A stretch of DNA of 64,000 bases from positions 15,624,001-15,688,000 of the forward strand of contig OZ059899.1 of assembly GCA_964057225.1 (NCBI GenBank), written 5' to 3'. The notes beneath the pieces are model-generated. The model did not search any database, had not been told where the DNA came from, and saw only the letters and a program-made list of their open reading frames with translations. Shown one piece after another: positions 25,713 to 39,953 of the stretch (within the stretch, counting starts at the first letter, position 1; every line of letters begins with the position of its first letter). The stretch is from Auanema rhodensis (Eukaryota > Animalia > Nematoda). A program made the position numbers and the translations under genes.

Positions 25713-27062
25713 CTCCCTCTCTCTTTCTCTCTCTTTCTCAATATTCACCTTTTCTTTTCTCGACAATAATAATAACAATGGATGGATGGGTTGTAAGCGT
25801 CTTGCTTTTTCGTGCTGATGACGACGACGAGATGGAAAACTATTCGCTGGATTCCTTCATGACGACCCAGGGGTGTAGCAGAGGTGATCGAGGAGACGGG
25901 GGAGTGCCTGCTGCTACCAACTGATGAACGACGATCCATACAAACCATAGACATTAGAAAGACATACATATATATGCTGACTGTGTCTTCAGACAGCTGC
26001 TAACCATGTAGTCAGGCGGACTGTGCTGACAAGGCTTCCTGACTATTACTGTATATAGCTTTCTCTGTCTATATTTCTCTTTTCTTAAAATAAGAGAGAG
26101 AGGGGGGAAGGAAGGAAGGGAGAGAGAGAGAGAGAGAAACAAATGAATTAGAACATCATCGATTTGACCGACCACGAGCGCTTTTATCGTCGTTCCTTGT
26201 TGGTGAAGTGAATCAGGAGACTTCTGAGCAGCGCTTAAAAACAGAAAAGCAACTTCAAAATCAAAACTTCAAGAAAATGATAAAGGAATTATCAAATTTT
26301 AAAATGATAATATAAGACTTAAAGCTGAATGATGACGGAAATCAGTTGAGTTCGATACCGTCGTATCACCGACGGTTTCGCTATTGATTGTTTTCCGGTA
26401 CTTTACCATATACAGTAGTTCAAAATAGAATAGACGGATGTGAAAGTGAATAACGACCTGTACGTGTTGACAACAAAGCTGCCAGGCTGTTGTTGAATAT
26501 GTTGAAACCTTTGGTTGATGTCCCTTTACTCTTATTCCTTTCTCTCACTTACTCTTCCTCTCTCCCATTCTCTCGCTCTTTCTCTCTCTTCTCTTCTACT
26601 TAACATAGTATGCTTGTGCCAATACAGCTCTTGTTATTCGGTATATGTACATGAATTCATGTCAGATTGAACGACTATTGTAGTCTTTTTGAAGCTAAGC
26701 GCTTCGGCAACCTCCATAACGGTTGGGTCGTTTGACTCTGACTCGATTGACATCAGCATCATTCAATCTTTTCATCCTTACCCTCTCGTCTCGTCCTTAT
26801 TCTCTTCCTCTTTCTCTATCTCTCTGTCTCTCTCTGTCTCTCTCTTTATCTTTCCTCACTCAAAACATGGTAAAACAACGAAGACGACGACGGCGGCGAT
26901 GCCGCCATCTTGTCGCTTCAACCATCATAAGAAGACGAGGACGTTCTACTGCTTGTGGCGACATCTCATATCTCAGTATTACCTTCACATCCTGTATGAT
27001 TGTTCTCTCATGGTTGCTTATACTTACATATGTATATAGCCATCTCTAAGAGATAAGGAACG

Positions 27063-27095
<33 letters not shown>

Positions 27096-28102
27096 AGAGA
27101 CAAAGCATGTAACAGAAGCAGTTTATGGTGTTGTGCACATGAAGGCAACACAGACTAGGCGGTTTTTCCGGCACACCAATTCCGGAATTCGCATTACGTC
27201 AGTAGATGGTAAATTCGGAAAACATGAAAAGATGATGTCGGATATGATGACGATGTATATTTGAAATACAGGCTGTACACCTTTAGCGGCCTTCATTTGT
27301 ACTTTTACCCGAAAACTGCCATGTTATACCTTAACACAGGGACAACCATCACCTCATACTCCGTATGCATTAAGTAGACTATTTATAGAAGGAATGCTCT
27401 TCCTTCTTTTTTTTTCTTTTTCTCCTCATCATCTTTGTTCATTTTTCCACATCAAATATGAAGGGAAATCGGAAAATTTTCCCTTTTAAGTACTTTTATA
27501 ATCTAGCTTATTCTTCGTTTACTTATATACATATATGGTGAACAGTCCGAAGTTCATTGGTGTTAGACAGTTATAAAATTGAAGAGGATTAGAGAAAAAC
27601 AGCGAAAATCTAAAAAATCTGAACATGAAAGATGAGAGAGAATAGAGAATCAACACAACACAATGTCATAGCTCGAGCTCTTTGTCCGCGAAAATGAAGC
27701 AGCTGTAGCTACCGTATACCAGGTTTATTGGTATGCAGTGAGAAGGGGGGGGGGAGAGTAAGGGTGACTAGAGGTTAGTAAGAGGGCTTGGCAGTTTAGA
27801 GCTAAAGAAGAAGAATTAACAAGAGATATCGGATGTAGAATAACATGAGGGACTAACAAAAATTGAATTGAAAATTGGCTTTGAACTAATTTTGATTAAA
27901 GGTATCTGACCTTTTGACCCGATTAAACTTGAAATTGAAATAATAGATATGATATTATGCAAGATTTTTGTAAAGTTTGAAGCTTGTTAACAGCTACCTT
28001 CCTGAATGTATTCTTAATATTTTCATTTTTTTCCTCTTCACCTCATGTTTGTCTCCTTTTAAATTTGAAATTGCTCAAAGCCGGTTCCCATCTCCCTCTC
28101 TG

Positions 28103-28148
<46 letters not shown>

Positions 28149-29822
28149 ACCCTTAAATTTTCTTCCTTTTGAAACATGGCAGATATTTCCTGTTACTTTC
28201 TTATTACTTTCCATCGACATATTGTTCTCCATATTCTCGTAATGTCTTCTCTGCCTATCTCTGTCTGATGGCACTGCTGTCTCTGTACGTCCTTGTTGTT
28301 TCGGACGAGAAATGTATGACCATCATTAGTCAGTTTGAAGAACCTTGTTCTTGTATGTTTCATCAAACAGTTTATATTAGTTGATATGTAAGGATGAGCT
28401 GATTCCAAAAAATGTTTCAAAACATAAAATGAAAAGTTCTAATTAATAAAGAGATTTTTTCTTGTCGTTGTTTCTTCCTTTTTTAGTTATTTTCCGCTCT
28501 TTTCTTTCTCTTTTTCTCCCTCTCACTCTCCCTCGTTCTCCTACAGGCTTACTCATAACTCTTTCAGCTTCTTTTTCCTTTTTTTTCTCTCAAGTTTGTT
28601 TCCATTGTGAAGAAGTACGGAAGAGGACATACCTGACCACTTGAATGATCAACTCAAGAGCTTGGGACCAACTTTGAAAAAGTTGAAATACCGGGAAGTT
28701 TGTAGAAAACAATTGAAAAAACTAAAAGCCAGTAAAGGAGTAACTAAGAGTTGAGAGAAAACGATGCAAGAGTTTGAAAGAGACCAAGAGCGTGCGCTCG
28801 AACAAGCTTGCTGTTGCCCACCACTACCGTAACCCCGAGAGTAAGTTGAGGAGAAAGAGAGAGAGATGAATGGAGGGAAGAGAGATAGATAGTAAAAGTT
28901 GATTTGTAGTAAGGACGTGGGTACACACGTATGTATGTGCATCTACAGGAACGCTTGATTCCAGGTCGAGAAGAGGTGAAGAGTGGAAGAAGAAGAGAGT
29001 GATGGTTGGTTAGAGAAGTAGACAGATTGGCAGTTAGATACAAATATAGAATGAGGTTTACAACTAGAATACAAGAGAGTATCAGACAAGAAAGGTAGAT
29101 GAAAGATGAAGAGAAAAGAAGAGAAAGAAGGAGAGAGAGAGAGAATGAGCGAATGAGAAGACAACTAACTGGAATCTGCTTTGTGTTGTAGCATGATGAT
29201 GATGATGATGATGTTCATAGATGGATGGCATAGGGACCAACCGCTTAGAAAGAACGGAAAAAAAAGATTTTTTTGTTGTTTTTTAGTCGAAAAAAAAGAA
29301 AAAAACACTTTGTAGTTTGAATGTTTATATGTTTTAGCCAACAGTATAGATTCATAGTTGTTGATGAAATCGAAAAATGGCAGAGATCTAAAAGAAATAT
29401 TTTCAGGTTTTTGTTGTTTTTAATTCGGCTATCATACTTCTCTTGTTAGGTTGAAATCCATATTTCAATTCTTTAGGTTACGATAGATATGTAATTGATC
29501 ATCAAAGCTATATCCATATAAGCTGACTGGTTTGAATAGTTAGGTAACACGAAAAGAGAGAAGTAGAGGAGAGAGAAAGAGAAAGAGATTAGAGGGAAGT
29601 AAGATGATTCTTTGTATAGAGAGGGAAAATGATTGTAAAGGGACTGCAGATGAAATGAAAAACGAGAGATGAAACATGGATGGAACTGTGTGTTGATGAT
29701 GACAACACATGATGCCTCAGAAATGGACTAGCTTTTACGCATTAGTCATGGAGAGGATTAGAGCTTGAAACAACAAGTATGACTATCTACCAAATCCCAG
29801 AGAATAAAAAAAGCGGATTATT

Positions 29823-29825
<3 letters not shown>

Positions 29826-29866
<41 letters not shown>

Positions 29867-30053
29867 TCTCTCTCTTCTCCGATCTCGGCGCTTAATTGAT
29901 ACGCTTTTTTCTAAGTTCAAACGGTATATGAAGTAGGAACATTTATAGTAGAAACATAGTGCATTATATTAACAAGTAATTAAAATGAAAAAAGCAATAC
30001 AAGAGTAAATGGAATATGAGAGAGAGAGAAAGAGAGGGAGATAGAGAGGGGGG

Positions 30054-30087
<34 letters not shown>
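29826..30087. repeat. (CT)n tract (29826-29874) followed by a (GA)n tract (30018-30087)
   Basis: Directly visible, in opposite orientations. Confidence 0.93.
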
Positions 30088-30091
<4 letters not shown>

Positions 30092-32715
30092 GCACGGGAG
30101 GTAATAGCAAAATCAGAACCGTATAATCGTTCCCATTCAAATGCCTATTATCGAACTAACTGGCTTTTGGTACACCGACAACATTTACTCACATATCGTT
30201 ACTATCTCATAAAGCTTTGGTCGAGAATTGGATAGTAGAAACGTATACAAAGCTGGATGATGAGGGAATGAACGGGGCTTGTTGTTGTGTCATCAAAATT
30301 ACTTTTTTCTGATTTTCATTGGAAAAAAGTTTCATTTTTTAGTGAAAAAGCTTACAAAGGCATTGTTGTGCGTGTATCGTCAACCTTGTATTTAGCTGTA
30401 ACAATAGGTCCATGCTGTATCAACATGTGGCAAGCTTCTTGCAATAGTGCTGAAGGTCATTAGCCTGTACGTGGCGAAACAACAGAAGAATTGAAGAGAG
30501 TACAAAAGGGTGAGGAAGGAAGCAAGAAGCAAAAAGGGGGAAGGAGAGTGAAGGAGGGATGTTACTGAAAAGTTGATGGCAAAGAGGGATTGAAAAGAAA
30601 TAAATGATTGCAAATACCTAGACAATAAGAGATTGAGGAAGGGATGAACGCTGAAGAAACGATTTTCACGAGGTCACGTAAAATGGAGAAGCAATCTGCC
30701 ATATGAAGAACTAGTTGACAAACAATTGAAGGATGTAGTGACGATATAGAATAAGCTTTTGCCCATTTTATAACTTTGAATTCAAATTCACTGATTTAGC
30801 TTACACATCGTGAATTTTGGTTGGAATTTCACTATCATGGAATCTAGGGCACAACTAATGGTTGCAAGCTATCAGCGTTCCAAATGTCATTCAACGACAA
30901 ATGTTGTATCTGATTTAACTGACACAGTATCATCATCGTTGTCCTTCTAATTGGTTTGGGCCATTTTCAAGATATTTCGGACATTTGCCATGGTGTGTAT
31001 TGGGTAAAAGGCTTTAAGTTTCAACCGCAAATCATTCAATTTTTTTAAATTTCTTGGAGAATTCTGTAGAATAGTGCAAGATCTCATCGTCATTGTTAGT
31101 TTCTTGTTTTTATTTTATTTTCATAACTATGATACAATAGAAATTTCAATTGGTTATAACATGTCTTATACTCTATGAAGCCATTTGTTTTCTTGAACAG
31201 AATTCCGGATGATATAGTTGACATCGAAGAAGAATGGAGTAATGATACAGATAAAGTGCATTAGAGCTTCAGATGTGTTGTCACAAAGCTGATGTACGAC
31301 CTCCTATATGTGAATCAGAACATATCTCATTTGAAAAATCAATCAATAGTTGCACTTTAAGCAACAGAGTAGCAGCATTCAGAAGTCAAAAAGCCAGGTT
31401 GTGTGTGTATGTGTGTCCTACTGCGGGGAGGAAAGGGCTTGGACGTCGTTGACATCTCGCCGTCTAGCCGACAGTACTGTGTCTGTCTATCGTTGTCGTC
31501 GTTCATTTTGATGTCATTGGAAAATTTATTTGGCATATGAACTATTGAACACAGTTATCCAAAAGTTCATTGAAATAGTATAGAGTCTGAAGAGAGTATA
31601 GAGAAAAACTAAGAAAATGAAGAAGAATAAGAAGAGGCGAGATGAAGAAGGAAGGAAGAAGGGGGGGGGGGAATATTGAAAGCGCAAAAGAGCGTAGTAG
31701 TTGTTCAGAGTTTTGAAGTAAAGTACTTCTAAGAATTTTCTTAAGAGGTATTATTGAAAGTTTTCATAATTCGATAATCAAATGAAAATAAAAATATTTA
31801 TTGATCTTTATTATACAAAAAAATTTTAAAATTAAGCTGAATTAAAGAATTTAATGAGCCTGAATATTAAACATTGTTTTATAACATGACAATCGTATAA
31901 TTAATCTTAAGCGTTTATAGCGGAAGAGGATTTAGCACATACAAACTTGAAACAGCATGAATCGGTTGTCAGTTGAGGTTGAGCTATAGGTAATGCTGAT
32001 ATAACACATAATCCATATAGTATTTCTGTAATAGGTATATGAGCTATTGGATAGTAAGCTACTCTAGGTGGGATGACTAGTTAGTAGATTCAATACTAGA
32101 CGGTATGTTGATTAATGGTTAGGCGGTAATAATCGGAAAGAAAGCTGGAATTTATAATATATAGTTAGAGAATCTATTTATATTATAATTAACTATACAG
32201 TATAGTCTATGATCATTGTTCAATAGCATTATAAGGTGAATCCTCAAAGGTAAAATTTTATTCTTTTGATAGAGAGAGAGAGAGAGAGTTAGAGAGAGAC
32301 AGACAGGGGGGAGAGAAAGAGAGCAGAAGAAAGGTGTTATGATTAATAGACGGGAGAGAAAGTCCTTTTGTGCTTTTTTGAAATAAAAAGAGAAATGACA
32401 CAAAAGATCTATTAACTATACCTATTAGTAGAAATATATAGATTAAAGGGGGGGACATAGGCAATATAAGAAAGAAAGGAGAGAGAGAGAGAGAGAGAGA
32501 ATAACTATCTATAGTATTAAATATACAGATTGTTATGACTATTTTCAGTCTTTGAAGACTATTTTTCTCTAATTCTTCTAATATCTTCTTATATTTCTCT
32601 TTGTCTGTGTCTCATTTACAGTTTTCTATTCAAAATCCAAAATAACAATGCTCGCTTAAGGAGCAATTACGTTGAAATGATGACTAGGCTTGACGAGAAT
32701 TATGCCACCTTTCTG

Positions 32716-32788
<73 letters not shown>
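32716..32788. repeat. Compound (CT)n microsatellite
   Basis: Two CT runs, each preceded by GC. Confidence 0.95.
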
Positions 32789-32790
<2 letters not shown>

Positions 32791-35700
32791 TTCTCTTTCT
32801 CATCTTACCTTTTAGGGTATACCTTCAAATTCTATTGTTCTAATATTTCTATATAGGCATGTAAATGGCTCAAATAGTACTGACTGTATGCAAATTGCTT
32901 AGACGTCCTCATGAAATACTCTCCATTCACCGACTCTTTTTCTCTCTTTCTCTCTCTTTTCGCTTTCTCTCTTTACTTTCTGTTATATTCGAAGCTACTC
33001 GATATGCTCCCACATATCGTATAAGGACATGAGCCGATGCATTTGTAGCTATAATGAAGGACACAAGGCATAGAGAGAGTGAGAGAGAGAGAAGGATGGA
33101 AAGAAGACGAAGATGCCGGAAGCTGTTTGTCCATATTAGGTCAAGCAATGTGAGAGATATTGTTGTTATTGTTATGAATAGAATCACAAAAAAGTCATTC
33201 TAACCTCTTATATTCTATTTTTCTCTGTTTATATTACGATAAAGGTCTAGAGAAGCAGAGCTAATATTGCTCTAATGCTATTCCAAACATATACTGTAAT
33301 AGATGGCTGTCTTCATGATTGGGGTTATAGGTTATACAGCTTAGAAGTAGATAGACAGTTGTGTCTACAAACACATGTACATACTGTATGCTAATGCTAC
33401 TTCTAAGCTGCATGTACATGAGCATAAGTTCGTTTACATTCAATTATAAGAGATGAGATACATAGGTACATAGGTTATGACTTGTTTGGTATGTGTCTGT
33501 TTCCATGTTGCTGACACTTGTTGCCTATGTGCTTAACAGACTATTCGATTGAGCTGAAGTTTGTTTGAAGACTCTTGCTCTCTTTCTATTTCTCTCTCTC
33601 TTTCTCTCTCTTGATCTTACTCTTGCTCTTAAAGCTATTCATAAAAGGTGCTTTTTCCCTCGTTTACTTCTATTCAATCAAATTGCTCAATAAACCAATA
33701 TATCAAGCTGACAAGCTTTTACAGGTTTCAATTTCCTTTGTCAAACACGTTCGGCGATTTTCCTTCAGTAATTTGAGCAAATACAAATGTGAAATACTTC
33801 AAGTTCATGATGTTATTACATAACCTGATATCAACTTTAAGTAAAAAAAAACTGCAGTGATTAACCAATGATTCTAAAGCCTTTCATTGAAAATTTCAAT
33901 TTGTGGATTAAAACCTCAATATTTTCATAAACCTAGGTTGTAATGCTTTAATGCTGTTAAATCAGATTATAATATCTGATATTAGCATCAGATGTATTGG
34001 CATATTGTCCTTGATACCTGAAGACAATTCATCGATGTTATGTCATAATCTGCTATTATTCATTAGCATAAAATTATATACGTGAGATGATGACGTCATA
34101 CGTGTTGATTTCATTTTGAATAGATGCGTTTGTAGTTAAACGGTTGTAGCTTGTATTATAAGTTTATATCGATTAGTTATATCTGATATATACATCGATT
34201 TCTTAGATATAGTTAGTTTTCTATTAGCTTATATAGTTCAAGGTTTGGCATAAGAATGACAAGGGAAGAGGCAGGATGATGCTCATATACAATAACCTAG
34301 AATACGGTATGTTTGGAGCATGAAAACGGAAGATGATGAGTTAGATGAATAGCGTGCTGAACTGCTTGACCGATGATGTTCCGGAGCTACTTTTCATTAG
34401 AGAACACTTCTTCCGCTTTCTATTCGTTTTGAATAGAAATATAGAATAAAAGATAATGTTGACGGTAAGTTGAGAGGATACATAGGTAGGAGAGAAAAAG
34501 GGAAGGAAGAGAAGAATAAGATAAAAGAAAAGAAATAGCATGAAGATATGAGAGAGACAGAAAAAAAGAAGAAAGCGATAGATGAGAAGGTGAGATGTAG
34601 CCAGTTGTTAGTTATAGCTAATAGAGGGTGCTATATAGCCAAGTCCTTATAAGGTTATCCTTAACCATATACGGCTTTAGGTGAAGGCCGGTGACCGCGA
34701 AGAGGACACCTTGTAGCCTTTTGCTATTCTCTTCTCTTGTTTTTGGTCTTTATCCGCATGAAAGCATGAGAGTGTGCACATGAATGACAACACACAGTAG
34801 CCAGAAGAAGAAGAGGGTAAGAGATAGGAAGTGAGAGAGAGAAGGGAAGAGAGAGAGAGAGAAGGGCAGAGAGAGAGAAGATATAGAGAGTAAGATATGA
34901 AGGTAGGCGGAAAACGAAGAAGAAAGTGGAAAGAGGAGTGGGTTGGATTTGGTATTATTGAAGATGGATGAATATGAGGGAAAGGCAAAAAATTCTAAAA
35001 AAAAAAGATTTAAAGAATAATTAGAAAGTAAGAGAAACATAGAGAGAGATTGCGAAAGGAAGAGAGAAAGCTTTCCATACTTTGTTCAAACTCATTCGTC
35101 TCAAGGTAAACTCAAAGGAAATGTTGTTTTTAAATTTGAACTTTCGAAATGTAATTGGCTAAGTCATTGAGGTTGAAAACGGATAGATTTGAAGGCGATT
35201 TCAATCGTTCGCATGTTGAAATTGCTTTTCATTTGCAACAACAAAGTGAAATGAAAACTTTTTTTTAAAAATGAAGGTCATAGAGAGTTTTTTCATATGG
35301 AAAATCAATTTTCCCTCTTTGTTTTCACATCTTCTACCATCTTTTATACGTTCATCTCTCTCTCTTTCTCTCTTTCTCTCTCTATACATATAGTCATATC
35401 GCTTCATCTCTCTCTTCTAAAAGTCATAAAAGGAATAGACAAAGAAAGAAAAGTTACAGCTCCAATTTCATTATGATTGTCATTTTGTCCTTCAAACATG
35501 CAGATTTCAGACATTTCATACATAATCAGTACATTAAGCTCTCATTTACATTCAATTCATTTCTATTATTCTTTCATTTTTCATCAAAATTTTAGAATAA
35601 ACGAATGCCATATGTGACAGTTAGCCGTTATCTATGACGTCAGATGACCTCCTTTATTTTAGCTCAAAATCTTTATCAGATAGCCGACGACTATCCTTGT

Positions 35701-36600
35701 CATGTCGGCTACTTAATGAGACTGATGGTTCAAAAGGTTGAAAGAGAAAAGATAAAAAAGGATAATGAGATAAATAGAGAGAGAAAACAGGAAGAGAGAG
35801 AGAGAGAGAGGGAGAGAGAGAGAGAGAAGGAAAGGAAAGGAGGTGACGATGTTAGGTATTCGTCTTCTTACCATATGTAAAGAATTTTCTTCAGTATATT
35901 TATGTTTATAAAGAATGTTAGAGCTTTTGAGTGTTAATGTCAAGGACGACAATAATCATTGGATTTGGTGTCTGATGGATGGACATATGAATGAATGAAT
36001 GAATGATAGTGATGATGATGTTTGATGTTGTATGTATATAGCTTTAAGGTAATGATGATGATGACGTTGATGTTTTTCCTTGCTCTTCATATAGGTTGTT
36101 GATGAAATTGCTGTTGATGATGATCATATCAACTGATATTTTCTTCTAATGATGACAACATCAGAGCGGAAAAATCAAATTTCATGAATTTTACATAGAT
36201 TATATCAAGTAATTGTATATTTCTTATATCTCTTTATAGCCTCACAAAGAGAGAGAGAGAGAGAGAGAGTGAAAGTGAGAATGAGAGAGAGGTTAACAGA
36301 GAGAGAGAGAGAGCGAGAGATTGAGAGAGAGAGAAAAAAAAAGATATCGTGATGAAGAAAAAGAAGAAGAACATAGAAAAATGAGAGTTTATGACCCAAT
36401 GTGCTTTATCAGATCGGTATGCAACATATGACATTCAATATTATATAATAAATCTTTTTGTATATTAAACAAATTATAGAATTTGTTGTAGAAGTAGGGA
36501 TATTATTTTAAGATTAAATATACTTGTGGACTATGTAAAACTTAACTATTTGACTTGAAAATTGTGTTTTTCCTGAAAATATAATGAGAAGTACAATGTA

Positions 36601-36665
36601 TTAGATGTGCGATTGCGTTGTATTCTCGTTGTAAGCCGTAGTCAGTGGTTCGAATTCTGCCAGTG
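36601..36665 (+). pseudogene. Degenerate tRNA-derived/SINE-like relic
   Basis: B-box-like GGTTCGAATTC at 36647-36657, preceded by ctcgttgtaagccgtag, reminiscent of a tRNA anticodon arm. The T-stem and acceptor stem do not pair properly. Confidence 0.3.
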
Positions 36666-36904
36666 AAGATAAACTATGCCCATTGTCAGATGTCTAGTGA
36701 CGAAGTGTTAGTCTTTCAGAGGCGATTATTTTGAATCAAATTCATATTCTATCCATTTGTAATTGATGTTGCAACTCGACAACTTAATAACATAAACTCA
36801 AGTTGTTTAAGCTGGGTAAAGTTTGAATGATATAATTAATTTTATTAGAGTATAATAAGACGAATTAAAAGAAAAAAAAGAATTTATTTGTTTAAATAAA
36901 AAGA

Positions 36905-36960
36905 AATATATATATATATATATTATATGTATATATATATCTATATATATAGATATATGT
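36905..36960. repeat. (AT)n low-complexity tract downstream of the ANKRD50-like gene
   Basis: Imperfect TA repeats. Confidence 0.9.
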
Positions 36961-37328
36961 AATTTTAAATAAAACCTTATACACCGGAGTAATATTTCAC
37001 ATTGAAAATACAAAAAAAACATATTGAATATACTATATAACGAATAGTATGTATTGACATTGGCAATTCACATATTTTGAGATCAATTATATCATTTATA
37101 TGAACAAATTATTATATTTTCAAATTAAAAATTAATTTTTTGATAAATTAATTTAGAAAAAATGAAAAAAAAACCGAAAAATCTGTGAATCAATGGGAGT
37201 TTTAGTGATAACGATGTGGATGGGGCGGGGAGAGAGGAAGAGAAGGGGCGAGTATAGAAATCTGAGCATCTGATGTTTCGTGAGAGACGTGAGATGTGAG
37301 CGTAGTTAATGGTGGAAAGGTTGGTTTC

Positions 37329-39921
37329 TTAGAAAATGCGTCGAGTTCGTCGTGGACTTGTCAATGCTATTTTTTGACTTCGACGGAATGATTTGCGTCC
37401 TAAGGATTTGGTGTCCATTGGAGAGTTTGGCATACTGCCAAAGCCTGAGGAATCCGCTGAACCGGAGGCTGTCTGAAATGGACGAGAATAAGTAAGTTAG
37501 AAGGAAAATAGGAATGAAGTAGTTTACCTGAAGAATTGATATGATATGATCATGGCCAGAGATCTTGGCAACGTCAAGAGCTGTACGGCCCATATGATCT
37601 CGAAGCGATGGCTCGGCTCCGAATCGGAGAAGCAGGATGACCATATCTCGATATCCTAACTGAGCGGCTATTGATAGGGGAGAAGCTCCCTGAAAAACAA
37701 AACAAATTGTGAAAAGAGGCTAATAGATCAAAAGTATCATTTTTTAAAGAAAAAAACAGTTACAAACCTGTTCATCAGTGCAATTTGGATTCACAGATAA
37801 GGCATCCAGAAGGTAGCTGACGACGGCAGAATGACCAGCCCAAACTGCTGTCATGAGTGGTGTCCTTCTTCCAGCATCTTCAACTTCGAATGAAGCTCCA
37901 AGACGTCGTAGCATTCTTATAGCAGCTAGATCATTGATGGAACAGGCCTATAAGCAATAACATTACGGATGATTTAGACACGGTACAGCTTCAAGCATGT
38001 GAATTCTAACATACCACATGAGTACACGATCGCTGATGAGCATCAGTAGCTGATGTATGAGCACCAAGGGTGAAGATGAGTTCAGCCATAGATGTTTGAC
38101 GATTGATGAGCAAGCTATGTGATAACGGTGTTCCATCCAAATCTTTTTGTTCCCAATCTGTTATCCACTTAGCTAATGTTTGAACGATTCGTGTATTTCC
38201 ATTCAAACAAGCTACTCTCAAAGCTGTTAAGCCATCAACAGCTTGCTTATTAACTGGAGCACCAAGTTGTAAAAGCTCTGATAGCACCTGGAAATAAAGA
38301 AATTTAGATGATTATGATGATTTAATAGAATGTTACTCACTTGCTCATTATTATGCTGAGCAGCAAATATAAGTGGATGCTGTCCTAGACGGTCAGTTTC
38401 GTTGATTGTCCAGCTATTAGCTAATGCTCGACATAATGCTGTATTTTCATGAACAACAGCATAATGCAAGGCTACAGCTCCGTCATTATCCTACAAATAT
38501 GGTAATCAGTCGATTATGAGAGAATACTACATGGATACAGCTTATGCTTACATCCATACATACCTTGTGTGCTTCATCAGCTCCGAGCGTCAACAGCAAA
38601 TCAACAACATTCAGATGACCTCCAGCAGCTGCTAACTGAAGAGCAGTACGTCCATGGCTATCAATGAAGTCCATGTCAGCACCATGTTGGAACAGAGTTG
38701 TGACAGCATTGTCTTTGCCTTGACTGGCAGCCAACATGAAAGCTGTTCTCCCAAGCGAATCCTGAACATATTGAAGTGATTTAAGAAAAAGAAGCCGTGC
38801 AACATACCGGTATATCAACGTTTTGAGCTGTTTTTATGATTTTGCTCAAATTCGTGTCACCATGAAAGGCAGCAAGATGAAGACATGTTCGACCATGGGT
38901 ATCAGCTTTATTCACATCACTACCATCTGAAGGCAAAGAATACATTGTTGACGTCAAATCGTTTGAATATCTTACGTTTCAGAAGTAAATCAATCGTCTG
39001 GTGATGTTCTTCAGAATCTGAAGCATTTGATAATGCCAGATGTAATGCTGTAGCTCCAGCAGAATCAATATCCTGAACGATAACATGAGATTGTTAAAGT
39101 TTTAATGAAACATACATCAATTCGAGCTCCATATTTGAATAAGCATTCTATGACTTGTGTATGATCCATGAATGCAGCCGCCATCAGAGCTGTTCTCTGC
39201 TCACTATCACGACTATGTACGTTGGCTCCAGAATTCAGAAGACGATCCACAATCTCCATATGGCCAGCCCATGCTGCAGCACGAAGAGCTGTTCGTCCAC
39301 CGTATCCACTTTCATTTACATTGATTCCTGAAATATCCTGACAATGAATTTTCTTTTTTTTTGCATTTAAGCTTTTCCCTCCATGCTTTTCCCTCAAGCT
39401 CAGACTCTCTTATCTATTTTCTTTCCCTCATTTTCTGATTCGCATTAGTACCAGCTTGAACAGCATATTCTAAATTATATGCTATTCAGTCTAACAGCAT
39501 GTTGATGACACTGAATATACCTCGACCTCTCCTTATGGTTTAAGGTCATTTCCTATTGCTCACCATCATCTTCATCTGTCAGTCTATTTAAACTCTTCTA
39601 TATCTCCCTCTCTCTCTCTCTTGTCCCTTCTCTCTCTCTCTTTAAGCATATACAGTTAGCTATTATCCCATTTTGCTACTATTCTCAAACCCTTATTTCA
39701 CTGTTAATTGAGCATTAACATACAAAAATATTGATTGTTTATTAACTATATCATATAATATAATAGGTGGATAATATAATATTTATATATTAATTTATGT
39801 TTTTATTATTCTTCTTTAACTATATACCCAATATATACATCTCCTGCTGTTTTGTCGTCGTTAAAGTTCATCAGAAACCTGACGACACCGTACAATATAG
39901 AGCAGCAGCAGCTGGTGTTCG

Positions 39922-39953
<32 letters not shown>

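Noticed and set aside
31201-31265. Exon-like peptide IPDDIVDIEEEWSNDTDKVH*
   Set aside because: Isolated, weak acceptor, no partner exons.
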